Both the position numbers and the translations under genes were made by a program. A stretch of 37,117 nucleotides of DNA from a virus. Taxonomy: Duplodnaviria > Caudoviricetes. Location of the stretch: positions 1-37,117 of the IMG/VR virus record IMGVR_UViG_3300029318_000028; one strand, 5' to 3'. The notes under the pieces are model-generated. The model worked only from the letters and a program-made list of their open reading frames with translations, did not search any database and was not told the DNA's origin. The stretch's first letter is position 1; each line of letters starts with the position of its first letter. Positions 26,899 through 35,396 of this stretch are shown here, piece after piece.

Positions 26899-28045
26899 AG
26901 CAGAAGATCTCACTACAGGAAACATATTAGATCCAGCTGATACCTGGACTACATACGACAGAGCTTCGACAGAGCAGTGCAGCTACTCTGGTGCATTAGA
27001 AGATGGTGAAGTATGTACGGGTAGAGCTAATCAAAGGGGAGAAATACCAGGGGGAGGTGGTATTATTAGTCAAGAATACTCCTTAAAAGACCAGGGATTA
27101 AGTGTTGCAGAAATGCAACAGGGTTTTGATTTTGAATATGGTGCATCTATAGAAAGCCATATATCTAATACTTCTGTTCCTAGCTGTCAAAATACTACGG
27201 GTGATTGTAAAGATTATTTTACCATTAAATTAAATGTAACTAAATCAGATGGCAGCTCCATCAACACCTATGAACACACTGTAGAAATGGATTATTCTGG
27301 TGTTAAAGACTACAAATATACACAAAGTATCGGTGCTAATAACTATACAGATGTTAATTTTAAGATGGATATCTGGTCTGTTGATGCTGGATATACTAGC
27401 GGTATGTTCGGAGGAATAATCTCAGATCCGTTCCTGGAGATACAATACAAAACTGTTGATATTGTTACTGAAATTATCCTGGATGTCGTAGAAGATATTG
27501 TCCAGGATAGTATTCAAATAGAGGATGTCCAGATGGAGATTGTTTTAGAAAATATATATACAGAAGATTTAGTTATTGAGATGGACTTTACCGATGTAGC
27601 TCCAGAAGAACCTATGATAGAAATGACAGAAACAATAGAAGAAGCACCAGAAATAATAGAGATTGAAGCAGAGATTGAAGAAGCGATTGAGATGGAATCC
27701 AGTAGCGAAGATGCTACAGAGTCCACTGTGGAGGATGCGGAAGAAACCGAACAAGAAGTTATACAACCGAAAGAAATTAAACAAAAAATTGCTAACAAGT
27801 TAATGGCAAAACAAGAAGATAAAGCATCTAACGAAGCACAAACTACACAACTAGCTCTGATGGTGGTATTGTCTGATATTAGTTTTACAGATCTAACAAG
27901 CACACAGATCCAGGATGTTAATTACTATGAGGATCTAACTTTCTATAATACCCAGGATGTGATACAAGATAATGGAGCAAATATAATAGGATATATGGAT
28001 TACCTGGCAATCAATGAAATGGTAGACAGTCAATGGCAGAACTAG
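26843..28045 (+). CDS. exported protein with beta-rich domain and acidic stalk
   Basis: Signal peptide MWLCLKVCFLLLLVCSYSKA, four Cys in the mature domain, long Glu/Ile-rich segment; start uncertain (26831/26843). Confidence 0.7.
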   Translation: MWLCLKVCFLLLLVCSYSKAEDLTTGNILDPADTWTTYDRASTEQCSYSGALEDGEVCTGRANQRGEIPGGGGIISQEYSLKDQGLSVAEMQQGFDFEYGASIESHISNTSVPSCQNTTGDCKDYFTIKLNVTKSDGSSINTYEHTVEMDYSGVKDYKYTQSIGANNYTDVNFKMDIWSVDAGYTSGMFGGIISDPFLEIQYKTVDIVTEIILDVVEDIVQDSIQIEDVQMEIVLENIYTEDLVIEMDFTDVAPEEPMIEMTETIEEAPEIIEIEAEIEEAIEMESSSEDATESTVEDAEETEQEVIQPKEIKQKIANKLMAKQEDKASNEAQTTQLALMVVLSDISFTDLTSTQIQDVNYYEDLTFYNTQDVIQDNGANIIGYMDYLAINEMVDSQWQN

Positions 28046-28503
28046 AATATCAAGGTATAAAATTTAAAGGTGGTAAATTATTTATAATTATTAGTTTACT
28101 ATCTACAGTAGCTGGTGGTATATGGGGAGCTGCGGAGCTGTGGTCAAGATGGCAGTCTATGGAATTACAGATCCAGGAATATACAGCTCCAGATCTTAGC
28201 GGGTTTGACAAACGAATTGACCTGGTGCAGCAGCAAGTAGATATGCTCCAAGGTGAAATATCTATGGTCTTAGAGGAAATACAGCTAGTAAGTTCTGTAG
28301 CAGAATCCCTTAAGACAGATCTTAAATCTGACATAACTCAACTTGAAAAAGATAGCCGATATACAGAGAGCCTAGTGAATGAAATCAAGAATACTTTAAG
28401 AGATGAGCTAAGAATATTTGAAGATGATATAAAAGATTTAGAAGAAGAATTAGACCTAAAAATAAAGAAAGCATTAGAAAATCCACTGTCTGGAATAAAA
28501 TAG
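28033..28503 (+). CDS. membrane-anchored coiled-coil protein
   Basis: G.KFKGGK then TM helix, APDLS.FD, heptad-rich body, ends ALENPL. Confidence 0.75.
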   Translation: MAELEYQGIKFKGGKLFIIISLLSTVAGGIWGAAELWSRWQSMELQIQEYTAPDLSGFDKRIDLVQQQVDMLQGEISMVLEEIQLVSSVAESLKTDLKSDITQLEKDSRYTESLVNEIKNTLRDELRIFEDDIKDLEEELDLKIKKALENPLSGIK

Positions 28504-28516
28504 GATTGACAAGAAA

Positions 28517-28732
28517 ATGGAATTTAATAATTTAGATCCTCATCAACATTACTTAAAGAGAGGAAAAGACATGACTGAAGCAGAAGCTCACACAATTAAA
28601 CAAGAATATAAAGAAATGAAAAAGACTTATCATATGGCACTAGATATGATAGAAGCAGAAAAAGAAAAGAATAGACAACTAAGAGCAGAGCTTCTGGAAG
28701 TTAAGTTCCAAAAAAATCCCCAAGCAGCATGA
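28517..28732 (+). CDS. hypothetical coiled-coil protein
   Basis: 71-aa ORF; alternative start 28571 has SD GAGGA; overlaps the next gene. Confidence 0.6.
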   Translation: MEFNNLDPHQHYLKRGKDMTEAEAHTIKQEYKEMKKTYHMALDMIEAEKEKNRQLRAELLEVKFQKNPQAA

Positions 28733-28923
28733 CCACACAAAAAGACAAACTTGCAGACCTAGATAAGAAAGTCGCTGTTATATCTGAAAAAATAAATACA
28801 ATCCAAAACAATCATTTAAAACATATTGAAAAAGATATATCAGACATTCGTAAAGTTATGTGGTCTGTAGGTTTCCTGGTCTTTACTAATTTAGTTATCT
28901 TATTAAGAGATTTATTTTTATAA
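28729..28923 (+). CDS. small coiled-coil plus TM protein (XhlA/holin-like)
   Basis: I..IQNNHLKHIE.DI followed by a C-terminal hydrophobic helix. Confidence 0.65.
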   Translation: MTTQKDKLADLDKKVAVISEKINTIQNNHLKHIEKDISDIRKVMWSVGFLVFTNLVILLRDLFL

Positions 28924-28969
28924 AATATTATATACTATATCTAGTAGGTAGCGAATATTCGCATACTAC

Positions 28970-29287
28970 ATGGATAAAAGGATATTAAAAGGTTTTCAAT
29001 CTGAAATTACAGCTGAATACTGGCTGACAAAACAAGGCTTTATTGTTTATAGCAAAAAAGCTGTACAATCTCCCATTGATTTTATGTGTTATAATCCAGA
29101 AGATCATGCTATATTGCTAGTCGATGTAAAATCTTCTAGTTATAGAAGATCTGGTCAAAGAGCTAATAAAGTAAATAATTTTATTTACAGATCTCCGACA
29201 CCAGTACAAAAGAAAATAGGAGTAAGATTGTTATATGTATCAGATGAGGGAGAGTGTAGTTTAGATACACCAATAAATAAATGTTAA
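28970..29287 (+). CDS. PD-(D/E)XK endonuclease/resolvase-like protein
   Basis: G...E..A..WL...G..V, PID and LVDVK motifs. Confidence 0.75.
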   Translation: MDKRILKGFQSEITAEYWLTKQGFIVYSKKAVQSPIDFMCYNPEDHAILLVDVKSSSYRRSGQRANKVNNFIYRSPTPVQKKIGVRLLYVSDEGECSLDTPINKC

Positions 29288-29670
29288 ATATGTTAATATC
29301 ACCAATCGCTAATATTGTAGGCGATGCAGTCAAAGGCTTCGTTGCAACTAAGAAAGCAAAAGCAGAATTAGCTGTAACAGAAATTAAAGCTAAAACAAAA
29401 TTAAAAGAAGATCAGATAGCGGGTAAGGTAGCCTGGGAAGCATCAGCTGTAAGTCAAATGGACTCCAGTATTAAAGATGAAATAGCACTAATAGTTCTAT
29501 TATTACCAGCAGTATTAGTTTTCATACCTTTTATGACACCACATATTAAAGCTGGTTTTGAAGCACTACATAGTTTACCCACTTATTATCAACATCTTTT
29601 ATATATTGCTATCAGTGCAAGTTTTGGTATTAAAGGAGCTAGTGGTGCGATGAAGCTACTAAAAAAATAG
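29281..29670 (+). CDS. holin-like membrane protein
   Basis: Amphipathic N-terminus, WE......S.KDE, two TM segments, A.FG.KG, basic tail. Confidence 0.65.
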   Translation: MLNMLISPIANIVGDAVKGFVATKKAKAELAVTEIKAKTKLKEDQIAGKVAWEASAVSQMDSSIKDEIALIVLLLPAVLVFIPFMTPHIKAGFEALHSLPTYYQHLLYIAISASFGIKGASGAMKLLKK

Positions 29671-29679
29671 GAGTACAGA

Positions 29680-29817
29680 ATGGGTAAACATTTCAACAAA
29701 GTCCTGGAAAGAATGGATAACCTTTTTGCTAAATGGAAAAACCTTAATAAAAAAGGTAAGTTCATAGTCTTAGCAATAGCCTTGGTTGTTCTAGGTTTAG
29801 TTACTGGTGTTATCTAA
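29680..29817 (+). CDS. 45-aa single-TM protein (not in ORF track)
   Basis: SD AGGAG; ...WKNLNKKGKFIVLAIALVVLGLVTGVI; TAATG coupling. Confidence 0.7.
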   Translation: MGKHFNKVLERMDNLFAKWKNLNKKGKFIVLAIALVVLGLVTGVI

Positions 29818-30023
29818 TGCACTGGTATGACTGGTTACGCAAGACCAGGCAGCAGCAAGAAGAATATAAAAAAAAATCTCAATTAGAACGATGTCCAGAA
29901 TGTAAGAAATATCCATGCCTGGGTGATAAACACCTGGAGTTTTGGAGCTGCATTGATTGTGGACATATAATCAAAAAAAAAGGGGTGGCTAATCATACTA
30001 GCCATCCCAAAAGTACCCCCTAG
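29817..30023 (+). CDS. small Zn-ribbon-like protein
   Basis: CPEC...CIDC. Confidence 0.55.
   Translation: MHWYDWLRKTRQQQEEYKKKSQLERCPECKKYPCLGDKHLEFWSCIDCGHIIKKKGVANHTSHPKSTP
29973..30008 (-). terminator. intrinsic terminator at the convergence of the two arms
   Basis: On - strand GGGATGGCTA-GTATGAT-TAGCCACCCC followed by T9. Confidence 0.8.
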
Positions 30024-30044
30024 AAACGTCTTAAAACCGATTTT

Positions 30045-30230
30045 TTAGGTATAAAATTGCTTGTTATAACACCGAATACAGTAGTTTTTAATTTTCTTAG
30101 ATTTAAATCCCCATTTGACCTGGATCATGTTTAGATGGATATACTGCCTGGAGCAGACCAAGCAGCTCAACTGCTCTGTACTGTATATACATTGTTGAGA
30201 TCTAATTTTATATGCTGCGTTTTTTTTCAC
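30045..30230 (-). CDS. small Zn-finger-like protein
   Basis: CLVC...CIRC; GTG start uncertain. Confidence 0.55.
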   Translation of the reverse strand: MKKNAAYKIRSQQCIYSTEQLSCLVCSRQYIHLNMIQVKWGFKSKKIKNYCIRCYNKQFYT

Positions 30231-30384
30231 AGATAATGATGAAATTTTCTACTCCATGTTTCTGCATGACTAATAGCAGATCAATGGATGCTTCCTGGCA
30301 TTTGTAGGATGTATCATAAATATTATGCATCTTGCTACAATGATTACCAATACACATTGTTACCCATAAAATAAATTTCACCAT
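30208..30384 (-). CDS. 58-aa Cys-containing protein (not in ORF track)
   Basis: MVKFILWVTMCIGNHC...YKCQ...IICEKKRSI; fills the gap and overlaps both neighbours. Confidence 0.6.
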   Translation of the reverse strand: MVKFILWVTMCIGNHCSKMHNIYDTSYKCQEASIDLLLVMQKHGVENFIIICEKKRSI

Positions 30385-30761
30385 TCAACATTTAAACTAC
30401 AGCTTTTACATTCCCCTTGCAAACTTCTTAACCAGGAGAGCCACAGCTCTGGAGCTGCTACCCTGTACGTCTTAGATACTTGTGGACTAACTCGTCTAAT
30501 TCTAAATTGTGTTATCTCCTCTTGTTCTACAGTATACAAAACAACAAAAGCTGGGAGCTGCATCTTATCTGCAATCTTTTTAATTAATGTATAGGCTTTG
30601 TCTTGACCTTTATCCATCGCTACCTCAATAATAGCCAGGGGTTCGTAACAAACCTTGCAGCATTCAACAGAGTCTACATCTATCATAGCAATACCATCAA
30701 ACTGACGATGCCATTTGCTATAGGCTTCTTGTTTCAGATTGGAATACCAATCTCTAGCCAT
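30378..30761 (-). CDS. hypothetical protein, possibly PD-(D/E)XK-like
   Basis: YS.WHR, IDVD.VE.C..C.EPLA.IE, LPAF.V.Y. Confidence 0.65.
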   Translation of the reverse strand: MARDWYSNLKQEAYSKWHRQFDGIAMIDVDSVECCKVCYEPLAIIEVAMDKGQDKAYTLIKKIADKMQLPAFVVLYTVEQEEITQFRIRRVSPQVSKTYRVAAPELWLSWLRSLQGECKSCSLNVEW

Positions 30762-31005
30762 CTATTTTATCTTTATGATCGTTAAGATATTGCATTAATT
30801 TACTTAAATACCAATCAGCTTTACCCGCATCCATCAGCATGGCATCCACACTGTCATTGTGTTTACTACCGAGCCGCATAATATATTTCATTATTTGACC
30901 TCGTAAAAAACCAATGACCTGGACTGGGGGTAGCTGACTGGTAATTGCATAGAATGTTTCTATGTTTTTATTTTTATAATGATCTGGATCTATTTGTTCA
31001 GACAT
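30754..31005 (-). CDS. DUF3310 family protein (T7 gp1.7/SaV-like)
   Basis: P.HY....IE....I, GF..G...KY..R.G.K, D..KA.WYL. Confidence 0.85.
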   Translation of the reverse strand: MSEQIDPDHYKNKNIETFYAITSQLPPVQVIGFLRGQIMKYIMRLGSKHNDSVDAMLMDAGKADWYLSKLMQYLNDHKDKIDG

Positions 31006-31145
31006 TCATCCTCTTTTTTATTTTTAAAATACCAGGGAGTTAATATATTTTTTTCAACAAACTTTTTATTTTTTTTTCTTTCTCGTTCTTGTTTGTTTAA
31101 TATTTCTCCCTGGGTGTAATGTTTTAATGTTCTAAGCTGCTTCAT
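30990..31145 (-). CDS. 51-aa basic protein (not in ORF track)
   Basis: MKQLRTLKHYTQGEILNKQER...PWYFKNKKEDECLNK; TAATG coupling. Confidence 0.55.
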   Translation of the reverse strand: MKQLRTLKHYTQGEILNKQERERKKNKKFVEKNILTPWYFKNKKEDECLNK

Positions 31146-31432
31146 TAAAATGGAGCATCATCGTTGCTCGGAGCTGCAGCTCCTTCTGCATTGTTAGAAC
31201 TACCGCCTGTAAATGGCTGCCAATCTTCTATCGCTAAACTAATACTAGGATGACCATTTTGTGTTGTACCACTCCATAGTGTTAATGAATAAGTTTGACC
31301 AGCTTTTAATACGATATCTTCTTTAGGTGTAAATCCCTGGCTATGAGATTTACCTAATGGTTTTTTACCAAAAGATGACATCGCATTTTTTAGATCATCT
31401 CCTGGAAACATATTAAGATATTTTTTATTCAT
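31145..31432 (-). CDS. putative ssDNA-binding protein
   Basis: Beta-rich core, flexible tail ending DDAPF; next to the annealing protein. Confidence 0.55.
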   Translation of the reverse strand: MNKKYLNMFPGDDLKNAMSSFGKKPLGKSHSQGFTPKEDIVLKAGQTYSLTLWSGTTQNGHPSISLAIEDWQPFTGGSSNNAEGAAAPSNDDAPF

Positions 31433-32054
31433 GTATTACTTTCCCTTCTTGTAATGAACTGATTTGTTCTTTTCGTTTTAACCAGATGTTCCTGGCTATA
31501 TCTTTATCTTCTTTATTTAAACCATCGAGCCACTGTTTATATTCAGCTGATGTTTTCTTTAGATGTCCAATATGTTTTGCATTTTGTATTGCTGCAGTAA
31601 ACTTATCAAACATTGTGCCAGAGCCATTGATAGCCTGGCTTTTAGCTTCCGCTATTTGTATCTCATCATAAGATGCAAACTCCTGTCCGCTAAAACCTAG
31701 ATTGGCAAGACTACGACCAATCGCACTGGTTTCGCAGTTTTCCCAAAAACTTGTAACATTAACGGGAGATGATCCTTCTCTAAATTCTTCCGCTATGCCT
31801 GTTGATATAACTTGACCATCCAGGCTGATAGTACATTTCATTACTACAACCTCGGTTTCCAGGTTCTTTACCTGGACTCTTTCATTTTTAATTACATCAG
31901 TCGTTATAGATGCATCTGGAAAGTAAGTTCTAAAGGCTTTCAGTCTTTGATTGACTGTGCCATATTTCTTACCACCTCGTACAGTTATGCCATTCTTATC
32001 AAAATCTTTTTCATAAGCAGCTACTGCTAGTTTAAGTTTTTCTTGTGTTTGCAT
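31425..32054 (-). CDS. single-strand annealing protein (Sak/Rad52-like)
   Basis: GK.Y..V..RL..FR, TG.AEE.R....VN.TS..ENCETSAIGR.LA.LG; SD AAGGAGG. Confidence 0.75.
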   Translation of the reverse strand: MQTQEKLKLAVAAYEKDFDKNGITVRGGKKYGTVNQRLKAFRTYFPDASITTDVIKNERVQVKNLETEVVVMKCTISLDGQVISTGIAEEFREGSSPVNVTSFWENCETSAIGRSLANLGFSGQEFASYDEIQIAEAKSQAINGSGTMFDKFTAAIQNAKHIGHLKKTSAEYKQWLDGLNKEDKDIARNIWLKRKEQISSLQEGKVIHE

Positions 32055-32169
32055 TTGTTACCTCCTTTATGTGCAACCATACCCATTTTACTTTTTGTTT
32101 TTTATTTAGTCGTTCACGACATTCAGCCTGGAACTTTTGCTCCTTGGCTTTTCTTTCCTCGTTAGACAT
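32032..32169 (-). CDS. 45-aa hypothetical protein (not in ORF track)
   Basis: MSNEERKAKEQKFQAECRERLNKKQKVKWVWLHIKEVTNANTRKT; fills the gap. Confidence 0.5.
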   Translation of the reverse strand: MSNEERKAKEQKFQAECRERLNKKQKVKWVWLHIKEVTNANTRKT

Positions 32170-32176
32170 TTGTACT

Positions 32177-33055
32177 TTATCGACCATAAAAATTTTTTAC
32201 CTCATCTAGTTCTGCATCAGAGTATCCAAAGTAATTTATATTTTTAAAATCTGGCTGGATAAAATTTTTAGCTACATATTCCGCATCATCAGATAGCTTA
32301 ATTAAATTTTGCCTAGTAAGAGCTGTACGATAAAAATCTTTCATACAGCTCTCCCTAGTTTCAGCGGTTAATGCGGAGGACTCGTCTGTGCTGAAAACTT
32401 TGTATTCATAGGGTGTTGCATAAATTAAATAGCCTGGCTTTTTTGTTGCTGCTGCATAGAAAGACACTTGGTCTACATGAGCTGCTTCTGGTTCTGCAGC
32501 TACTGCAACTTTTCCATAATTGTATGTGCCATCTTTCCTGGGTTTACCAGCTCTCTTTTGCCATTTAGTTTTTGCTTCTATAAAAAATTCTTTTGTTTCT
32601 AAATCTGTTCTACCAATCCAGGGTATTTCAATTCCATCCATTTGTAGATCTACATAATGTTCTGCATTAATCGTAGTATGTTTTTTTATATCCAGATCTT
32701 TTAATGCCTGGATATAATTTTTTACAACAGCTGGTATTGCTTCCAGGTTTACTTCCCACTGTTTCATTTCTTTTTCATCATCAATAAAAAAACCTTTTTG
32801 TTTTTGATAATCTTTTATTGCTAGATCTACAGACTGATCTTCTGATGTATCTTTTAAAACATAACTATCCCAGCCTATTTGTGCAGATATACCCGCCTTC
32901 ATTTTTGCACTAGGTTTCTTTTTTCTTCTCCATTCCTGGTCTTTAAAAACATATTCATACCACCAGGCACACAATGGTTTATTTTTTTGTGTCGGTGATA
33001 AATGGTCTAGTCCATGTTTTAACCAGTAATCCGCAACATATGATATTTGATCCAT
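32177..33055 (-). CDS. PD-(D/E)XK exonuclease (RecB/Cas4-like)
   Basis: HLSP, AE, G.TDL, IEAKT and Q..FY motifs; upstream of the annealing protein. Confidence 0.85.
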   Translation of the reverse strand: MDQISYVADYWLKHGLDHLSPTQKNKPLCAWWYEYVFKDQEWRRKKKPSAKMKAGISAQIGWDSYVLKDTSEDQSVDLAIKDYQKQKGFFIDDEKEMKQWEVNLEAIPAVVKNYIQALKDLDIKKHTTINAEHYVDLQMDGIEIPWIGRTDLETKEFFIEAKTKWQKRAGKPRKDGTYNYGKVAVAAEPEAAHVDQVSFYAAATKKPGYLIYATPYEYKVFSTDESSALTAETRESCMKDFYRTALTRQNLIKLSDDAEYVAKNFIQPDFKNINYFGYSDAELDEVKNFYGR

Positions 33056-33065
33056 ATTTTATCCC

Positions 33066-33093
33066 AATATAGCTGTAACTGCTATCATGTCAA
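33066..33093 (-). promoter_or_regulatory. sigma70-type promoter with palindromic spacer (copy 1)
   Basis: TTGACA-TG-ATAGC-AGTTACA-GCTAT-ATT. Confidence 0.75.
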
Positions 33094-33365
33094 ATTGTTT
33101 TGTACTTACCTTTTGCCAGGTATTTATCCAGGTTACCACAAGCAGCTGCATCATAGTGTTGAGTCCAGATAATACCCATAAGATATAAATCTGCTAATAG
33201 TTTGCCTAACTTAGCTTTATCATCGTAATATTTTAAATTTTTAAATGGACTCTCACCAGTTAAGTAAGCTGAAATTAAGTTTTTTTTATAATTACCAGGA
33301 GCTGCTGGATCTACCTTATCGAACCAGGCTCGATAGCTCTCTAGCTCTTTACCGACATCAATCAT
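33090..33365 (-). CDS. hypothetical protein
   Basis: ATG 33365 with GGAG preferred over the track's TTG 33377. Confidence 0.65.
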   Translation of the reverse strand: MIDVGKELESYRAWFDKVDPAAPGNYKKNLISAYLTGESPFKNLKYYDDKAKLGKLLADLYLMGIIWTQHYDAAACGNLDKYLAKGKYKTI

Positions 33366-33453
33366 TTTTATCTCCAAAAAATTCGTAGACTAACCAGAGG
33401 ATGACCGCAGCCATCCCCAGGTGTACAGTTAATGTTAAGATCTCGTTAAGCAT
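33358..33453 (-). CDS. 31-aa single-TM peptide (not in ORF track)
   Basis: MLNEILTLTVHLGMAAVILWLVYEFFGDKND; TAATG coupling. Confidence 0.6.
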   Translation of the reverse strand: MLNEILTLTVHLGMAAVILWLVYEFFGDKND

Positions 33454-33728
33454 TATTGTACCTTTACCTCTCTAATTAATACTTTTGGATAGTCGTCAAA
33501 ATATTTGTATGTAAAACCTTTTTTATGAGGTTCTAAATCACTATGGTTAATGTTAAGTTCTTTCAACACATCGTGTAAAAAGAAAGTATCTGTAATATCA
33601 TAGTGATCGTTTTTATTTATTTGTTCGTGTAACCAGTCTGTAAACAATCCATCCTGGTGTACGTCTTGACTCTTAAATAAATTATATGCAGTTTTAAGAG
33701 TTATTTTAAAGTTTGGTATATTAGTCAT
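33453..33728 (-). CDS. hypothetical early protein
   Basis: SD AAGGAGG, TAATG coupling. Confidence 0.7.
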   Translation of the reverse strand: MTNIPNFKITLKTAYNLFKSQDVHQDGLFTDWLHEQINKNDHYDITDTFFLHDVLKELNINHSDLEPHKKGFTYKYFDDYPKVLIREVKVQ

Positions 33729-33937
33729 TATTGTACCTCCTTGTATTTTGGTAAATCTTTTTTGGCTGCTTCTTCTGTTGCATAGTAACCAGAAGCTCTG
33801 TCGTAGGGAGCTGGGTATCTATCACCGCTAGAAGTTTCCTCGACAGAAGATCTGCCGATGTAGTAACCAGCTGCAGATTTTAGCACCTGGTAGTTTGATA
33901 TGGCTATTGTCTTAGTCCAGAATTTTTCGTTAAACAT
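33728..33937 (-). CDS. hypothetical early protein
   Basis: QVLKSAAGYYIG...PY.R.S.YY.T.E.A; SD AAGGAGG. Confidence 0.75.
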   Translation of the reverse strand: MFNEKFWTKTIAISNYQVLKSAAGYYIGRSSVEETSSGDRYPAPYDRASGYYATEEAAKKDLPKYKEVQ

Positions 33938-34287
33938 TATGCTACCTCCTTAAAACCTAAACTTGCTACAACAAATTTTTTACCTTTGTTGTCGATTATG
34001 ATATCACCGACAGAAGTAGAATACATCGGAGCTAATCTCTCGATGTGTTCCTCAGAGCCGATGTTGCCAATCTGGAAAACACCATCCAGACCTTGGTCTG
34101 TTTCGATGTTAGATACATGAGTGTAGTAACCTTTGTTCCAGGCTTCCTTGGCTAGAAGCTCTATCTGGTTTCTACGCACAGTCATGTCAATGTGTAATTT
34201 ATTTTTATCAACACTGTCATGACCTTCAGCATTTACCTTGTCGATTTCTGCGTCTGAGTAGTGTATTTGGTGTAGTTCGTATTTCAT
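33937..34287 (-). CDS. hypothetical early protein (YodL-like C-terminal motif)
   Basis: VF...N...S.SVGD.I...V...GF; SD GGAGG. Confidence 0.7.
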   Translation of the reverse strand: MKYELHQIHYSDAEIDKVNAEGHDSVDKNKLHIDMTVRRNQIELLAKEAWNKGYYTHVSNIETDQGLDGVFQIGNIGSEEHIERLAPMYSTSVGDIIIDNKGKKFVVASLGFKEVA

Positions 34288-34290
34288 TTG

Positions 34291-34482
34291 TTAGTCCTCC
34301 ATTCTTTCTATTTGTACTACCTGGTTGTTGTCATCTTCGTAGACCAGGTACTGGTTGCCTTCGTTATCTCTGTAGAACTTGGCAGTAGTACCGATACCAG
34401 TCTTAACCTCTTTGAATTGTTTGACCGCAGCTACCGCAGCTAGGATCTGTCCGTTTGGTTTCTTTGTGATTACTGTTTTCAT
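34291..34482 (-). CDS. hypothetical early protein
   Basis: SD AGGAGG; first gene after promoter copy 2. Confidence 0.7.
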   Translation of the reverse strand: MKTVITKKPNGQILAAVAAVKQFKEVKTGIGTTAKFYRDNEGNQYLVYEDDNNQVVQIERMED

Positions 34483-34500
34483 TGAGTACCTCCTACAATA

Positions 34501-34528
34501 TAAATAGCAACTAATGCTATAATGTCAA
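34501..34528 (-). promoter_or_regulatory. sigma70-type promoter with palindromic spacer (copy 2)
   Basis: TTGACA-TT-ATAGC-ATTAGTT-GCTAT-TTA. Confidence 0.7.
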
Positions 34529-34701
34529 GTCCTCTCGGGAATAAAATATTTTTTTCCATTCTGCATAGTGATTTCTTTAACTTTTACTTTCTTTAATTGT
34601 AGTAATGCTAACTGGACTCTGCTTAATCTTTTGCCACCATTCAGCCTGGTAAATCCTCCAGGCTTTAAGTATTCACCATCTTTATTTTGATATACGATCA
34701 T
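34525..34701 (-). CDS. 58-aa basic protein (not in ORF track)
   Basis: MIVYQNKDGEYLKPGGFTRLNGG...YFIPERT; ATGA overlap with the upstream stop. Confidence 0.55.
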   Translation of the reverse strand: MIVYQNKDGEYLKPGGFTRLNGGKRLSRVQLALLQLKKVKVKEITMQNGKKYFIPERT

Positions 34702-34922
34702 GCTACTCTTTTAAGACCTCCCATCATTTTGTTTGCTTCTTGTACTAATTGTTTAAAAGGGTTTGGTTTTCTTTTGTTACCAAACTCTCCCCAGAGCTGG
34801 TTGTACTTTACCCAGCTGCTGCTCCAGTATCCAAACATTTCAAATTTGTACCTGGCTAAACTGTCGATAGCCTTATTGTAGGCTTCGTTCATTTTTTGTT
34901 CTAAGATCTCGTTTTTATCCAT
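34698..34922 (-). CDS. hypothetical early protein
   Basis: A..SLARYKF.MFGYW...W...N......PNPF..LV; TAATG coupling. Confidence 0.75.
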   Translation of the reverse strand: MDKNEILEQKMNEAYNKAIDSLARYKFEMFGYWSSSWVKYNQLWGEFGNKRKPNPFKQLVQEANKMMGGLKRVA

Positions 34923-35155
34923 TAGTTTCTTATATGCTCCATCCAGTTAATTATGTCATGTGCTTTTTTCTTTTCGTCTTTCATTTGTCTGCCATAGTTT
35001 GTGAGCTTCATGTTCTCATCATAAATTAAACCTGGTCTTTCTTCTTCCAGCATATTTTTTATAGTTATGATGTATTCGTCTAAGGCTCTAATCATTGTTA
35101 AAACCTTACCATCTCCAATTTTTAGGATTTTGTTTCCGTAGTCTATTCTCATCAT
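34922..35155 (-). CDS. hypothetical early protein
   Basis: SD AAGGAGG, TAATG coupling. Confidence 0.7.
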   Translation of the reverse strand: MMRIDYGNKILKIGDGKVLTMIRALDEYIITIKNMLEEERPGLIYDENMKLTNYGRQMKDEKKKAHDIINWMEHIRN

Positions 35156-35394
35156 TATTGTTTTACCTCCTTTAAAACTCTTTTTCCGTTTGCATCTATT
35201 TCGTAAGTTTTGATGCTAATTACTGGATCTGGTTTGTTGTTGTAGACTACCTGGTTTTTTTTCTTTTTTAATTCTCTTTCCTCTTGTGCTAGTCTATCAA
35301 TTTCAGCTCTGATTATTTTTCTGACTCTTAAATCTGCAGATTTATTTAATCTCATGTGCAAAGTAAGAATTTTTTGATTATAGTTTTTTTTCAT
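35155..35394 (-). CDS. hypothetical early protein
   Basis: Basic 79 aa; SD AAGGAGG upstream. Confidence 0.65.
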   Translation of the reverse strand: MKKNYNQKILTLHMRLNKSADLRVRKIIRAEIDRLAQEERELKKKKNQVVYNNKPDPVISIKTYEIDANGKRVLKEVKQ

Positions 35395-35396
35395 GG

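Noticed and set aside
27514-27903. Antisense ORFs in the acidic stalk gene
   Set aside because: Ser/Ile/Phe shadows of Glu-rich codons
28506-28535. TTGACA upstream of the 71-aa gene as a fourth operator-promoter
   Set aside because: Lacks the ATAGC/GCTAT arms and a well-spaced -10; could be a weak promoter but unsupported
32177-33055. Exonuclease as a CRISPR-associated Cas4
   Set aside because: No four-Cys Fe-S pattern and no array; context with annealing protein and SSB indicates recombination
34644-34664. Inverted repeat AGCCTGG-N8-CCAGGCT
   Set aside because: Inside a plausible ORF and explained by two neighbouring CCWGG sites in a CCWGG-rich genome
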